This document shows, one piece after another, positions 28,437-34,453 of a stretch of 64,000 bases of DNA. Below the pieces are notes generated by a model, which was not told the DNA's origin, did no database searches, and was given only the letters and a program-made list of their open reading frames with translations. How positions within the stretch are numbered: position 1 is the first letter of the stretch; each line of letters begins with the position of its first letter. The position numbers and the translations under genes were made by a program. The stretch comes from a virus. Lineage: Duplodnaviria > Heunggongvirae > Uroviricota > Caudoviricetes. Where the stretch lies: IMG/VR virus record IMGVR_UViG_3300006794_000002; one strand, 5' to 3'.

Positions 28437-29781
28437 AGAACTTTTGATGATTAGGGTATTCCACCTTATCGGTCTGTAGGTCGCCCTTAAAGGTCGTAGC
28501 CCACCGTTCTTTCATGTCGTTAGTGAAGTTGATCGTCTCGACTGCGCCAGATGTCTCTAGTTCACCGTGTCGAGCGCGTTCACCAAAGTACTGTCCAGCG
28601 CCAGTCTCATCGATTGAGATACGCGCTGGTCGGATTGTCTTGATGAGTTTCTTAATTGTGTCAAACTGCTCAGGATACGTCTGCTCACCGGCACTGATTT
28701 CCTGAAAGTAGATCAGTTTCTTCTTGGGACCGTGTTCGACTACCGTGATAACGGTTGAGTCTCTCTTGGAAGCAAGGTCTACGCCCATGGTTAGTGGATA
28801 TTCCGACTGATATAGGTTCGGCCACTTCTGCCAAGGCTTGTCGTTAGTTCTGCACGCTACGAGAAGTTCGTAAGGGAAGTACGCCTCTGTCTCATCAACG
28901 AACATGCATTCGAATTCTGTCTGGAACTCTAGAATGCCCTTGCCTTCGGCAAATCCGATTTCCAGAATGTCGATCAACTTCTGAGAAGCGAACTTCTCAA
29001 TGCGCTCTTCTGTTCCCATTTCAGGGGCTTTGAGCATGGCTTCGGCAACATCTTCGTAGGTGCCGCCCTTGACCATGAACTTAGAGTGCCACCATGGAAC
29101 CATGTGCTTCGACCACTTATCTGTGTTCCATAGATCGTAATAGAGTCCGGACTGACCTAGCGGAGTACTGACAACTGTAACTCGCCCTGAGCCTCGGATA
29201 ATAGCCGGAAGACCGGCTTGCCACAACTTAGCAAACTCTCTAATGTGAGCGGCTTCGTCGTAGTACATGTCCTTCTTACCACCGCGAACAGCACTTGTTC
29301 CCGGCTTGGACACAACTGATGATGTATATGGCGGCTGATGGAACGCTAGTTCCTCAGCGGCATTCTTCCACTTAACAGGCTTGAATCCAAAAGGAGTCCA
29401 CAAGTCATCGATGGACGAGTAGAGCATATCACCGATCTTTAGTTTGTCGGCTGCTTCGTCCTGCGTTGTAGAGACGATGTTGGCGTTATAGTTACGCCTC
29501 GTCGCTGCTGAATGTGTCGTCTCTATCGCTATCAGGGTCGAGAACCCTAACTGTCGGCTCTTGTTCACTATCCGGAAGGTTGAGTGATCGTTCAGGAAGT
29601 TGATCTGAAACGGTTCTAACTGTAACTTCTGGCCTTCCAGTTCCGTTAGGACTTCCGCCCACACTGTCGGACTCGATACCAATAAGGATTCTAAGTCGTC
29701 CGGCGTCAACCCCTGCTCTCTCAAAGACGCTAAGAATTGGTTTCTCTTTATCAGGTGTTCCTTCGTCATCCGTCTTCTCAA
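28288..29781 (-). CDS. terL: terminase large subunit
   Basis: ATPase/nuclease-sized 497-aa ORF. Terminase-like N-terminus (EPFQINFLNDHSTFRIVNKSRQLGFST…). Upstream of the portal. Confidence 0.75.
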   Translation of the reverse strand: MRRRMTKEHLIKRNQFLASLREQGLTPDDLESLLVSSPTVWAEVLTELEGQKLQLEPFQINFLNDHSTFRIVNKSRQLGFSTLIAIETTHSAATRRNYNANIVSTTQDEAADKLKIGDMLYSSIDDLWTPFGFKPVKWKNAAEELAFHQPPYTSSVVSKPGTSAVRGGKKDMYYDEAAHIREFAKLWQAGLPAIIRGSGRVTVVSTPLGQSGLYYDLWNTDKWSKHMVPWWHSKFMVKGGTYEDVAEAMLKAPEMGTEERIEKFASQKLIDILEIGFAEGKGILEFQTEFECMFVDETEAYFPYELLVACRTNDKPWQKWPNLYQSEYPLTMGVDLASKRDSTVITVVEHGPKKKLIYFQEISAGEQTYPEQFDTIKKLIKTIRPARISIDETGAGQYFGERARHGELETSGAVETINFTNDMKERWATTFKGDLQTDKVEYPNHQKFFAQTHGIKRKRTETGRFKFAGDPDDFFWSAMLALYGEERVPVRFTSLGR

Positions 29782-30217
29782 TCTGGTGGACGATGTTCAA
29801 CACCGAATTCCAGACTTTCAATCGCTCTGTGACATCCTTGCGGAAGTACTTCTCTTCGTCGCCGTCTGAATTCTTCACTGTCTCTTCAAGGATGACAGGA
29901 ATCAGGTTGCGACCGAGTAGTAGAAGCATGATCTGTGCTTCGCGCTGAGCGGATACCGCCTTACCGTCCTTAATGACACTACGAATGTACTCGTAATGAT
30001 CGGGTGGAAGGACATCCCTCATCTTTAGCAGGATTTCACTGGCTAACTCTGTGGGAAGAAGGCTCTTCTGCTTATTCTTCGATCCCTTGGGGCGACCACG
30101 CTGACGCTTTACTTCTGTTGCCTTCGTTTGGAAGGCGGCACCCCTAGGTTGACCTTGTGTTTGACGCTTCTGTGCGTTCTGAACAGGTCTTGCTTGGGAA
30201 CTGAGTACGTCGGTCAT
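29492..30217 (-). CDS. terminase small subunit / DNA-binding protein
   Basis: Basic segment RGRPKGSKNKQK. Positioned before terL. The annotated Met at 30268 lies inside a terminator hairpin. An internal Met (…EEPMTDVL) with a GAGGAA RBS is the more likely start (~30217). This ORF overlaps the terL N-terminus in another frame. Confidence 0.35.
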   Translation of the reverse strand: MTDVLSSQARPVQNAQKRQTQGQPRGAAFQTKATEVKRQRGRPKGSKNKQKSLLPTELASEILLKMRDVLPPDHYEYIRSVIKDGKAVSAQREAQIMLLLLGRNLIPVILEETVKNSDGDEEKYFRKDVTERLKVWNSVLNIVHQIEKTDDEGTPDKEKPILSVFERAGVDAGRLRILIGIESDSVGGSPNGTGRPEVTVRTVSDQLPERSLNLPDSEQEPTVRVLDPDSDRDDTFSSDEA

Positions 30218-30242
30218 TGGTTCCTCGTTTTCAAGGCATAAC

Positions 30243-30280
30243 AAAAAGCCCCCTAGCCCGAAGGCCAAGAGGCTTTTCTA
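30243..30280 (-). terminator. rho-independent terminator ending the tRNA-array transcript
   Basis: AAAAGCC…GGCTTTT outer stem with an inner GCC-CGAA-GGC hairpin, immediately after the last tRNA. Confidence 0.5.
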
Positions 30281-30312
30281 CGTGCCGGTTCGAAGGCAGA
30301 CACGCGAATTAT

Positions 30313-30388
30313 TGGAGCCGCGCTTCGGATTTGAACCGAAACTAAGACGTTACAAGGGTCTGGTGCTAGCCGTTGACACTAGCGCGAC
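30313..30388 (-). tRNA. tRNA-Thr (anticodon TGT)
   Basis: TGG + acceptor + ttcgg-atttgaa-ccgaa T-arm. Anticodon loop CTTGTAA in the tRNA orientation. Confidence 0.6.
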
Positions 30389-30389
30389 T

Positions 30390-30464
30390 TGGCGCGGGTA
30401 CAAGGATTCGAACCCTGAGTCGCGGGTTTGGAAGCCGCTGGTTTAGCCGTTAACCGACACCCAC
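30390..30464 (-). tRNA. tRNA-Trp (anticodon CCA)
   Basis: Acceptor gcgggta/cacccac. Loop TTCCAAA. Confidence 0.5.
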
Positions 30465-30512
30465 ACATATTGGACAGGACCAAGTTTACTGTCGTTTCCT
30501 GTCATTGGACTG

Positions 30513-30586
30513 TGGCTCTCATGGAAGGAGTCGAACCCTCATCAAACGGTTAACAGCCGCCCGACCTACCCTTGGCCGACACGAGA
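30513..30586 (-). tRNA. tRNA-Asn (anticodon GTT)
   Basis: Folded fully by hand: acceptor TCTCGTG/CATGAGA, loop CTGTTAA. Confidence 0.65.
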
Positions 30587-30662
30587 TTGAACCCCTCTTT
30601 ACGCAATCTAATCGTCACCTTTCGGGTCTTATCCGAACGTGCTAACTTACACTAACAGGGTA

Positions 30663-30738
30663 TGGAGCCGCATATCAGATTCGAACTGATTGCCTCGTTC
30701 TTACCAAGAACTTGCACATCCGCATGTGCTTAGGCGGC
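30663..30738 (-). tRNA. tRNA-Thr (anticodon GGT)
   Basis: T-arm atcag-attcgaa-ctgat. Loop TTGGTAA. One acceptor mismatch. Confidence 0.5.
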
Positions 30739-30740
30739 GC

Positions 30741-30815
30741 TGGACCGGCGAGTGAGATTCGAACTCACGACTTGAAGCGTATGAGACTTCCGTTCTTCCG
30801 CTGAACTATCGACGG
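30741..30815 (-). tRNA. tRNA-Met/Ile2 (anticodon CAT)
   Basis: T-arm gtgag-attcgaa-ctcac. Loop CTCATAC. Confidence 0.55.
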
Positions 30816-30892
30816 TTAATCCTGCTTACCAGATACAGGGGCACTAGCGGGGACACCACCGTAGCGATGCCCTTCCGTGTCGGTCCATATAG

Positions 30893-30979
30893 TTACGCCT
30901 GAGGCGGCGTAGGTGTTGGTCTAGGTGACGGACTTGGCGGTGTCGGCTTAGGTGCCGGTCGCGTTGTAGTCGTTGTCAT
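30893..30979 (-). CDS. small ORF inside the tRNA array: MTTTTTRPAPKPTPPSPSPRPTPTPPQA (28 aa)
   Basis: ATG preceded by GGGAGGtaagcg, a 6-nt SD. Sits in a 220-nt tRNA-free gap. Confidence 0.4.
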   Translation of the reverse strand: MTTTTTRPAPKPTPPSPSPRPTPTPPQA

Positions 30980-31034
30980 CGCTTACCTCCCTTTGATCCA
31001 ATCAAATGGCTTTAAGCCCCTTCTCAACCTCATT

Positions 31035-31109
31035 TGGTACTGCGACGGAGAGTTGAACTCCGACCTCGGACTTGGCAAGCCCGCGTCATAGCCGTTAGAC
31101 GACCACAGT
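31035..31109 (-). tRNA. tRNA-Gly (anticodon GCC)
   Basis: Acceptor actgcga/ccacagt. Anticodon arm cgggc-TTGCCAA-gtccg. Confidence 0.6.
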
Positions 31110-31110
31110 A

Positions 31111-31184
31111 TGGAGCCAATGTAGAGAATCGAACTCTAACCGGGACTTTACGAAAGTCCTGTCCTGCCGTTAGACGACAAAGGC
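31111..31184 (-). tRNA. tRNA-Thr (anticodon CGT), two acceptor mismatches
   Basis: T-arm tagag-aatcgaa-ctcta. Loop TTCGTAA. Two U·U mismatches in the acceptor stem, so possibly a pseudo-tRNA. Confidence 0.45.
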
Positions 31185-31244
31185 TTGTAGTGGTGTACGG
31201 TGTCCCACACTATCCGCCCCGCGTAAGGGCTATAGTCGCGCATT

Positions 31245-31319
31245 TGGTACCCGTTGAAGGATTTGAACCTACAACTTACTGCATGTAAAACAGTCACTCT
31301 ACCGTTGAGTTAAACGGGC
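31245..31319 (-). tRNA. tRNA-Val (anticodon TAC)
   Basis: Loop TTTACAT. Acceptor acccgtt/aacgggc. Confidence 0.55.
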
Positions 31320-31320
31320 T

Positions 31321-31397
31321 TGGTCCGACCTACGAGATTCGAACTCGTATCTCCCTGCTTGAAAGGCAAGTTTCCTAGTCCCTTAGAAGAAGATCGG
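31321..31397 (-). tRNA. tRNA-Glu (anticodon TTC)
   Basis: T-arm acgag-attcgaa-ctcgt. Loop CTTTCAA. Confidence 0.55.
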
Positions 31398-31471
31398 TTG
31401 GTGCAGTCTTTCCCGCTGTCCACGAGCGGTCGGGAGTGATGCATCACCCTTGATCCGAGAACTCGGTTATT

Positions 31472-31546
31472 TGGTAGGCCACGTCAGATTCGAACTGACG
31501 ACTTCTTGCATGTCGAGCAAGCGTTCTGCCACTGAACTAGCAGCCT
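31472..31546 (-). tRNA. tRNA-Val (anticodon GAC), C at position 33
   Basis: T-arm gtcag-attcgaa-ctgac. Anticodon stem cttgc/gcaag with loop TCGACAT. Confidence 0.45.
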
Positions 31547-31587
31547 ATGAACAGGTATAACCGCTCGTAAGCGTCCCTGTTCTCATT

Positions 31588-31671
31588 TGGTACTCCTGAC
31601 AAGATTCGAACTTGTATGCTGTGAGGCACTAGATTTTGAGGCTAGCGTGTCTGCCGTTCCACCACAAGAGC
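31588..31671 (-). tRNA. tRNA-Leu (anticodon CAA), type II
   Basis: 84 nt with a 13-nt variable arm. Loop CTCAAAA. Confidence 0.5.
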
Positions 31672-31782
31672 ATTGTGCTTCATCCGACTTACGTTTCGGA
31701 GCGGAAGCGTGTTCACCATGAAGTCGTGAGTCAACTTCTGCCAACTGTTCCGGCTTATCTCACACACCCGGAACTCATTTAA

Positions 31783-31854
31783 TTAGAAGAGGCCACAAGC
31801 CTTCATTGCAAGTACTACGATCACAATCACGATCACTAGTCCAAGAATTCCCAT
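31783..31854 (-). CDS. small hydrophobic ORF inside the tRNA array: MGILGLVIVIVIVVLAMKACGLF (23 aa)
   Basis: GGAGGAtacaATG start. Sits in a 195-nt tRNA-free gap. Predicted single TM helix. Confidence 0.4.
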   Translation of the reverse strand: MGILGLVIVIVIVVLAMKACGLF

Positions 31855-31869
31855 TGTATCCTCCGTATT

Positions 31870-31945
31870 TGGTACCGCATACAGGATTCGAACCCGCAAT
31901 CTTCAGTCTGAGAAACTGACGCCTTAACCGTTTGGCTAATGCGGC
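31870..31945 (-). tRNA. tRNA-Glu (anticodon CTC)
   Basis: Anticodon stem tcagt/actga with loop TTCTCAG. Confidence 0.5.
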
Positions 31946-31946
31946 T

Positions 31947-32021
31947 TGGTGAGTCGTGAAGGACTTGAACCTTCAACTGTTGGTTTAAAAGACCACTACT
32001 CTGCCGTTGAGTTAACGACCC
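31947..32021 (-). tRNA. tRNA-Lys (anticodon TTT)
   Basis: T-arm gaagg-acttgaa-ccttc. Loop CTTTTAA. Confidence 0.5.
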
Positions 32022-32024
32022 ATT

Positions 32025-32100
32025 TGGTGCCAACCCTCAGAATCGAACTGAGATGGTCGCGTTTTCAGCGCGATGCAATGACCTACTTTGCTAGGATGGC
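32025..32100 (-). tRNA. tRNA-Phe (anticodon GAA)
   Basis: Anticodon stem tcgcg/cgcga with loop CTGAAAA. Confidence 0.55.
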
Positions 32101-32143
32101 TTGTCAGTCGGTTCCATTAATGTCTACCGAAATCAACCCTATA

Positions 32144-32231
32144 TGGCAGAAGGTAAGGGATTCGAACCCTTGGGGGCTTGCACCCCACCAGTTTAGCAAA
32201 CTAGCGCAATAGGCCGCTATGCGAACCTTCT
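32144..32231 (-). tRNA. tRNA-Ser (anticodon GCT), type II
   Basis: 88 nt. Perfect acceptor agaaggt/accttct. Variable-arm hairpin tgggg-gcttgca-cccca. Loop TTGCTAA. Confidence 0.6.
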
Positions 32232-32232
32232 A

Positions 32233-32320
32233 TGGCGGAGAGTGAGTGGATTCGAACCCCCACAACCTTTTACAGTCATCACCGTTTTCAAGACGGATAA
32301 GCGCACCAGTGCGACTCTCC
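32233..32320 (-). tRNA. tRNA-Ser (anticodon TGA), type II
   Basis: 88 nt. Perfect acceptor ggagagt/actctcc. Loop CTTGAAA. The T-arm is slightly irregular. Confidence 0.5.
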
Positions 32321-32367
32321 TAGGTCGGTTCCGTTGCTATGAAGCACACGGTTTCCTTAACCCTATC

Positions 32368-32445
32368 TGGCGCAACGTACGAGGATCGAACTCGCCTTAT
32401 TCCTGTTAGACAGACAGGTGGTTTCAGCCAGAAACCTAACGATGC
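32368..32445 (-). tRNA. tRNA-Asp (anticodon GTC)
   Basis: Anticodon stem cctgt/acagg with loop CTGTCTA. 6-nt variable region. Confidence 0.45.
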
Positions 32446-32446
32446 T

Positions 32447-32523
32447 TGGTACCTCTCCTGAGATTCGAACTCAGACTGTAGCGTGTTTAAGACGCTGCTC
32501 TCTTCCGATTGGAGTAGAAAGGC
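32447..32523 (-). tRNA. tRNA with anticodon TAA (Leu UUA decoder) but class I (short variable arm) architecture
   Basis: Perfect anticodon stem agcgt/acgct with loop CTTAAAC. 77 nt with no long variable arm. Confidence 0.45.
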
Positions 32524-32524
32524 T

Positions 32525-32599
32525 TGGCGAGTCCTGAGAGGATCGAACTCTCGACTAGTGGTTTAAGGGACCACCGTTCTACCGCTGAACTAAAGACCC
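32525..32599 (-). tRNA. tRNA-Lys (anticodon CTT), C at position 33
   Basis: Acceptor gagtcct/aagaccc pairs fully. Loop CCCTTAA. Confidence 0.45.
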
Positions 32600-32657
32600 A
32601 TATGAGGGTTTTCGCAGTCGCCAGTAAACTGGATGCGTGGTGCCCACAACACTGATT

Positions 32658-32742
32658 TGGTCTTTCCCACGAGAGTCGAACTCGTACCCCTTTCAGGACT
32701 GGTTTCTAAGACCAGAGCGTATGCCAATTCCGCCAGAGAAAG
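32658..32742 (-). tRNA. tRNA-Leu (anticodon TAG), type II
   Basis: 85 nt. Anticodon stem ctggt/accag with loop CTTAGAA. Long variable arm. Confidence 0.55.
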
Positions 32743-32744
32743 TT

Positions 32745-32821
32745 TGGAGCGCCGTACAGGAATCGAACCCGCACATTCTGGTTGGAAGCCAGATATGCTA
32801 ACCGTTGAACATCAACGACGC
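32745..32821 (-). tRNA. tRNA-Gly (anticodon TCC)
   Basis: Anticodon stem tctgg/ccaga with loop CTTCCAA. Acceptor fully paired. Confidence 0.6.
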
Positions 32822-32858
32822 TTGTATGACAATTATATCAGGCTTGTCAAGCCCTATG

Positions 32859-32934
32859 TGGCTCCCTCGGTCAGAATCGAACTGACGTTTAGTTGTTTAG
32901 GAAACAACCGCGTTATCCGCTACGCTACGAAGGC
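32859..32934 (-). tRNA. tRNA-Arg (anticodon CCT)
   Basis: Anticodon stem gttgt/acaac with loop TTCCTAA. Confidence 0.55.
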
Positions 32935-33095
32935 TCGTTTTCGTGGTAGTACTCCGACTCCGGTGCGCCGCAGTCCAGACATTCTAGCACATTCTTTGGG
33001 TCTGGAACGAAAGCGTGGATTCTCCAAGGACAGTCAGGACCGCCATGGAAACCGCAACAACAATCACCACAACCGTAGTCGTCGTAATCTTTCAT
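32925..33095 (-). CDS. small Cys-rich ORF inside the tRNA array (56 aa: MKDYDDYGCGDCCCGFHGGPDCPWRIHAFVPDPKNVLECLDCGAPESEYYHENEPS)
   Basis: Hand-translated frame of 57 codons. GAGGttgaaATG start abuts the 3' end of the tRNA-Arg(TCT) gene (33109–33184). 7 Cys residues. Stop overlaps the 5' end of tRNA-Arg(CCT). Confidence 0.4.
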   Translation of the reverse strand: MKDYDDYGCGDCCCGFHGGPDCPWRIHAFVPDPKNVLECLDCGAPESEYYHENEPS

Positions 33096-33108
33096 TTCAA
33101 CCTCAATG

Positions 33109-33184
33109 TGGCGCTCCTAGTAGGATTCGAACCCACGACAATCCGGGTAGAAACCGGAAACTCTATCCGCTGAGTTATAGAAGC
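33109..33184 (-). tRNA. tRNA-Arg (anticodon TCT)
   Basis: Anticodon stem tccgg/ccgga with loop TTTCTAC. Acceptor fully paired. Confidence 0.6.
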
Positions 33185-33187
33185 ATT

Positions 33188-33263
33188 TGGAGGTTCCTGT
33201 CAGAGTCGAACTGACCAACATGTGGTTTGCAGCCACAGCCCTTAGCCGATTGGGTAAGGAACC
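33188..33263 (-). tRNA. tRNA-Cys (anticodon GCA)
   Basis: Anticodon stem tgtgg/ccaca with loop CTGCAAA. Acceptor fully paired. Confidence 0.6.
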
Positions 33264-33264
33264 T

Positions 33265-33341
33265 TGGCGTCCCCGGAGAGAATCGAACTCCCGTCATCTG
33301 CGTTCGAAGCGCAGCATTCTGATCCGCTGAATTACGGAGAC
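33265..33341 (-). tRNA. tRNA-Arg (anticodon TCG)
   Basis: Anticodon stem ctgcg/cgcag with loop CTTCGAA. Confidence 0.55.
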
Positions 33342-33403
33342 TTATTACGCGACTTACACTACGGTGTTCTGGCAAGAGAAGTGACCGCCGAAGCGCGTTG
33401 ATC

Positions 33404-33479
33404 TGGCGTCCCGCATTGGAATCGAACCAATGACCGCTTCCTTCGCAGGGAAGCATTCTATCCGCTGAACTAGCGGGAC
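33404..33479 (-). tRNA. tRNA-Arg (anticodon GCG)
   Basis: Anticodon stem cttcc/ggaag with loop CTGCGAA. Confidence 0.5.
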
Positions 33480-33480
33480 T

Positions 33481-33554
33481 TGGCTGGCCTGTAAGGATTC
33501 GAACCTCAGTTAACTGCTTCAGAGGCAGTCGTCCTACCACTAGACGATAGGCCA
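33481..33554 (-). tRNA. tRNA-Gln (anticodon CTG)
   Basis: Anticodon stem actgc/gcagt with loop CTCTGAA. Short D-arm. Confidence 0.5.
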
Positions 33555-33556
33555 AT

Positions 33557-33632
33557 TGGTACTTCCTCTTGGAATCGAACCAAGACATCCGGCTTTATAA
33601 GAACCGTGCCCTAACCGTTAGGCTAAGGAAGC
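33557..33632 (-). tRNA. tRNA-Ile (anticodon TAT)
   Basis: Anticodon stem cggtt/agccg with loop CTTATAA. Confidence 0.5.
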
Positions 33633-33637
33633 ATATT

Positions 33638-33714
33638 TGGTAGGCTACCAGAGAGTCGAACTCTGCAAATCCACGTTATCGGCGTGGCCCCTACAACCAG
33701 TTGGGCTGTAGCCT
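33638..33714 (-). tRNA. tRNA-Ile (anticodon GAT), C at position 33
   Basis: Anticodon stem ccacg/cgtgg with loop CCGATAA. Confidence 0.5.
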
Positions 33715-33715
33715 T

Positions 33716-33791
33716 TGGGGTGAATCCTGAGAATCGAACTCAGTTCGCTGGCTTCACAGGCCAGTGCCTTAACCGTTAGGCTAGAAACACC
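33716..33791 (-). tRNA. tRNA-His (anticodon GTG) with encoded G-1
   Basis: Loop CTGTGAA. Discriminator C. Extra 5' G pairs with C73. Two acceptor mismatches. Confidence 0.5.
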
Positions 33792-33793
33792 AT

Positions 33794-33869
33794 TGGTTCC
33801 CCATGTAGGATTCGAACCCACATTCTGGCGGTTCAAAGCCGCAAGTCCTACCGTTAGACGAGAGGGGAA
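33794..33869 (-). tRNA. tRNA-Gln (anticodon TTG)
   Basis: T-arm gtagg-attcgaa-cccac. Loop CTTTGAA. Confidence 0.45.
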
Positions 33870-33970
33870 TAGTCCCGCCAGTCGCTAGCAACGAGAGCGG
33901 GAAGAACTAGTCGCCTTTCCCTGTTCAGGGAAACTTGACTCCGTACGAGCGAAATCGCACGGGCTGTATT

Positions 33971-34046
33971 TGGTGGAGATACCCGGATTTGAACCGAGAT
34001 TCAGCATCTTGCAAGGATGCGAGGTTTCCGTTACACACATATCCCC
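33971..34046 (-). tRNA. tRNA-Ala (anticodon TGC)
   Basis: Anticodon stem gcatc/gatgc with loop CTTGCAA. Acceptor fully paired. Confidence 0.6.
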
Positions 34047-34295
34047 TTGGTGGCTAGCCGGGGAACGATCCCGGTTGTTCCTAAGAAAACTGATTTACAG
34101 TCAGTCCCCGTTACCTTACGGGCAACGTCGCCACAGCGTAGGCGGCACACCTACATTTGCTTTCCTTTCGGTAAGCGCCACAACTACGGTTAACACCCCT
34201 TTCGGACTGTGCCTAGGTTGCGCCTCCACCATACCAAGTCGCTTACACGTCTCGGCTACAGGCTTATCAATTGTTGGCCCGTTCGTCCAACTCTC
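34047..34295 (-). ncRNA. irregular structured RNA: tRNA-like 3' end (T-arm + ACCA) plus Tyr (GTA) anticodon-like hairpin and GNRA-tetraloop hairpins. Could be a degenerate type II tRNA-Tyr or a tmRNA-like element
   Basis: On the minus strand, 5'→3':
- GNRA hairpins (CC-GAAA-GG twice);
- D-like cccg-taaggtaa-cggg;
- actga-CTGTAAA-tcagt;
- ccggg-AUCGUUC-cccgg;
- CUAGCC-A-CCA.

No canonical 5' acceptor partner was found. Confidence 0.35.
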
Positions 34296-34372
34296 TGGTC
34301 TAGATGGCAGGATTCGAACCTGCGACCACAGCCTTCCAAGGGCCGTACGCTAACCGGACTACGCCACATCTA
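34296..34372 (-). tRNA. tRNA-Pro (anticodon TGG)
   Basis: T-arm gcagg-attcgaa-cctgc. Acceptor ctagatg/catctag. Loop CTTGGAA. Confidence 0.55.
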
Positions 34373-34375
34373 GAT

Positions 34376-34453
34376 TGGTTGCGGGAACCTGATTCGAACA
34401 GGCGATCTGCATGGTTATGAGCCAGCCGAGATAGACCACTTCTCTACCCCGCT
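34376..34453 (-). tRNA. degenerate tRNA-like element (possible anticodon CAT)
   Basis: Good T-arm (acctg-attcgaa-caggc) and a 6/7 acceptor, but the anticodon arm forms only 3 bp. Confidence 0.3.

Noticed and set aside
30571-30662. TGG at 30573 followed by gagattgaacccc, as a possible extra tRNA start.
   Set aside because: No T-stem pairing is possible. The 5' acceptor of the preceding tRNA-Asn occupies 30580–30586. The remaining 76 nt show only a GNRA-type hairpin.
34047-34295. tmRNA assignment for the irregular RNA, including a search for a tag-peptide reading frame.
   Set aside because: All three frames were translated and no …ALAA/AVAA-type tag ending in a stop was found. No 5' acceptor partner was found either. 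It is kept only as an open possibility in the findings.
31034-34353. Several listed ORFs overlap the tRNA array (31034..31288 +, 31836..32033 −, 31946..32212 +, 32633..33214 +, 33175..33588 −, 33645..33836 −, 33970..34353 +), along with 34460..34996 +, antisense to tdk.
   Set aside because: They run straight through consecutive tRNA genes, or sit antisense to a motif-confirmed gene. They have no RBS and have odd composition. They are ORF-finder artefacts.
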